Below, piece by piece: positions 61,131 through 64,000 of a DNA stretch of 64,000 bases. Position numbers and translations under genes: made by a program. Source of the DNA: Octopus bimaculoides (taxonomy: Eukaryota); contig NC_068989.1 of NCBI RefSeq assembly GCF_001194135.2, positions 49,224,940-49,288,939 of the forward strand. The letters run 5' to 3'. Every line of letters starts with the position of its first letter. The first letter of the stretch is position 1. The notes under the pieces are model-generated. The model worked only from the letters and a program-made list of their open reading frames with translations. It searched no databases and was not told the origin of the DNA.

Positions 61131-62958
61131 ATGAATGGATTACCATGTTGTTTTATTTTTTTCATATTATTCCCATCAGCCAATTTATTCAGCATGATCA
61201 ATAACATCATTATTTTAAGGCCTGCAGAGACATCTTGTCAAAATGGATAACATATTAGATTCCTTGAGCAGGATCATGATTCTGTAACCTATTGTGCATT
61301 GTGTTGTGTTGTTTCACTGGACAGGAGAGACTGAGGCTTGCAGCCTTAGAAAAGTAGAGTTAAAAAGTTATGTTTGGGTCATACAACCAACCAGGTGTAC
61401 AAATTGCATTCCTATATGTTATCGCCATTGCATAAATTTTCAATTACTTTGTTTTTGCTACATATAGCCATTATTTTCAAGTGACTGATCATGATGTTTC
61501 ACAATATATTTCTCTTGATCAGAAATTAGAAGAAATGTTCTTGTATCAAGGGGGAAAAAAAGCGAAAACAAACAAACAATTTTAAAATTACATGGCATTT
61601 GATGGGAACTGAAGATATACTGCTATATAACTGCATACTTAATGGTCCTAGAGGAGAAGAAAATAAACCCTAATTCACTAAAGTGTTCATGCCTCAGTAC
61701 TGATAATAACTTTTATGACAACAATGATGATAATGATGACGAAAATGATGATGGTGGGGATGGCGTCATATAGATTTTTATTTTGCCTGTTTTTACTCTC
61801 AAATATGGCCCTTAAAGATATGTTTCTACTGCCACAACAGTTATAAAGATTGAAGATAAATATAATATATAACGCATTAAACTTTTTCTAAGAGAGTCAA
61901 AATTACTATTTCTTATTTTTAATGAGCACAGAATTTTCTTAGCTAAACAGCATTTTTTTTTTATATATACTCATAAATCTAAGTAACACAAGAAAGCGGT
62001 TTAAATAAAGTTTAGTGTTAGATAATAACCATGGAATCTAGAAACTTTTATTTCAGTACTCTTAACATGCTTATTTGTTTGTTTGTTTTTTTGTGTTTTT
62101 TTTTTTAAGAGCTCCACTACCAACAAGAACATTCAGATTCCAATTGATTACTGGATAACGGGAATGTCAGAAAGTAAATATTTGTGTTTTCTACTCGTGA
62201 AGCCTAAAAAAAATGATGACACCAACAAGATCATAATAATTGCATGATTTCTTTTATAGGTATTGCTTTAAATTATTTAGGGAGAATATAAAATAGAAGG
62301 ATAAGTCTTTTTTGCCAAAGAAATAACCTAAGAGAAGCAGTTCTTACAGGGTATTGAAACTAGAAAATTTTATGTTTTGTCACATTAGCTTTAAGCATAA
62401 TGTCTCATGAGAATATAAATTAGAGGTTAGGAGGGGTTTATTTTCTGATGTTTATTTACATCATGGTTAAAATTAAATGGTTAAACCGACTATGGAAGGA
62501 GGCGGAATTGATAACACTTGCTGAAATGAGGAATACTGATAAAATTAAATCTATCACATGGAAACCTAAACTTTTTTCATGAACAGAAAACCTAGAAAAT
62601 AATCTCCAATAAGGTCATATCAATCTTGTCTTCTTCAACATTATAAAGACAAAATCAGTAAAAACATAATACAATTAAAACCCTTAAGGTCACTGCAACT
62701 GTTACGCCTCATAATTACTGATCATCTCTCCTGCTGATCTCAAACCTACAACATAACAAAAACTACATCAACCAAAGATAGCCTTTTCTATTTAGGACCA
62801 GAAAATCCTTCAGCTGTCAAGAGTTGCTCATTCTCTACAAAACAACATTCCACATGCTGAGGCCTGCATATACTGTAGAAAATATCTAGTATCCTCACTG
62901 TCATTCACTCTCACCAGTTGTTCATTTCTTGCCATCCACCACACTCTCTCACTTACTC

Positions 62959-63049
62959 TTATCCTCTCAAGTGGAAACCAAAACAAAAATTATAATTATA
63001 ATTATAATTATCCTCTCTAGTGGAAACCAAAACAAAAATTATAATTATA
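62959..63049. repeat. Direct tandem duplication, period 49
   Basis: ttatcctctc(a/t)agtggaaaccaaaacaaaaattataattata occurs twice, separated by extra (attata) units. Confidence 0.9.
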
Positions 63050-63783
63050 CTTATGAGTGATATGTAGCCCCCAGGAGAGCAAAAATGGACCATCCATTCA
63101 TACCAGCATGGAAAGTGGACATGAAATAATGACAAAAATGATGTTCATACACTGATATATACAAAAAAAAAAATACATACAAATATAACAAGAAATTACA
63201 GAATGTGTACTATGACTAGAAAACATAAACAACTATAAAAAAAAGTCTAGGCTATATAAAGTAAATATTTTTTGCTTTGCTTTTTCCATTTTGACTGGTA
63301 GTAAATATATGAATGCATCATAATCCTGATGATGCTAATGTTGTTTTGGTATAAGACCAGACATTTTGAGGTGAAAAGTAGTTGATTTAAAGAGTCTCAA
63401 TACCCGAACGATATTCATTTAAAACAAAGGAAGAATTACATCTACATTTTTGTTAGTCTTTAAGACTTCATCTTTCTCTATCTTTGAACATACTACTTGG
63501 ATATATGTTTTCATATCCTTACATACTTTTCTTCTTGTCTATTTCTTTCTATTTTCATTACCATGCATGAATGTGTTCTGTTTCTTCATATTTAATAACA
63601 AGCATTTCTGATATTTCTTACTCCCTAAACCCAGAACAAACAACACTGCTACGTTTATTTCTATCACCCACACATGTTTCTCAACAGAAAACTAATTGCA
63701 CTAGGTTCACTCCTGCATTTCATCACACTCCTCTCTGTGCTTTCCTTCAATTTCAGCAGGAGAGATTATAATGAATATAGACA

Positions 63784-63787
<4 letters not shown>

Positions 63788-63868
<81 letters not shown>

Positions 63869-63873
63869 GTAAT

Positions 63874-63907
<34 letters not shown>

Positions 63908-63941
63908 NNNNNNNNNNAATAATAATAATAATAACAGTAAT

Positions 63942-64000
<59 letters not shown>
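63788..64000. repeat. (AAT)n microsatellite spanning a 10-N gap
   Basis: Directly visible; runs to the window edge. Confidence 0.95.

Overview
AT-rich, repeat-dense animal genomic DNA from a gapped draft assembly, with six N-gaps at 36104-36438, 41613-41622, 50224-50366, 54746-54755, 56147-56389 and 63908-63917. The very high microsatellite load and the SINE families resemble coleoid cephalopod (Octopus-type) DNA; this is an inference from pattern recognition, not a database result. I could not identify any intact host gene, tRNA/rRNA gene or CRISPR array, and the window reads as intronic or intergenic. Most ORFs in the supplied track come from microsatellites, antisense reading of transposon remnants, or N-gaps. 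Well-supported content: (i) transposase remnants (hAT with an N-terminal zinc-finger-like region; Tc1/mariner); (ii) non-LTR retrotransposon remnants of RTE, R4/Dong-like and HERO-like type, including a Dong-like copy inside a (TAA)n tract; (iii) many copies of about five SINE-like families, one young copy with a target-site duplication; (iv) hAT- and piggyBac-type MITEs; (v) simple repeats. Unexplained structure includes a near-perfect 300-bp palindrome, two SINE-derived fold-back hairpins, a 26-bp VNTR inside an RTE 3' UTR, two CpG-retaining non-repeat zones (one a possible divergent promoter) and several low-confidence exon candidates. No convincing novel multi-gene system was found.
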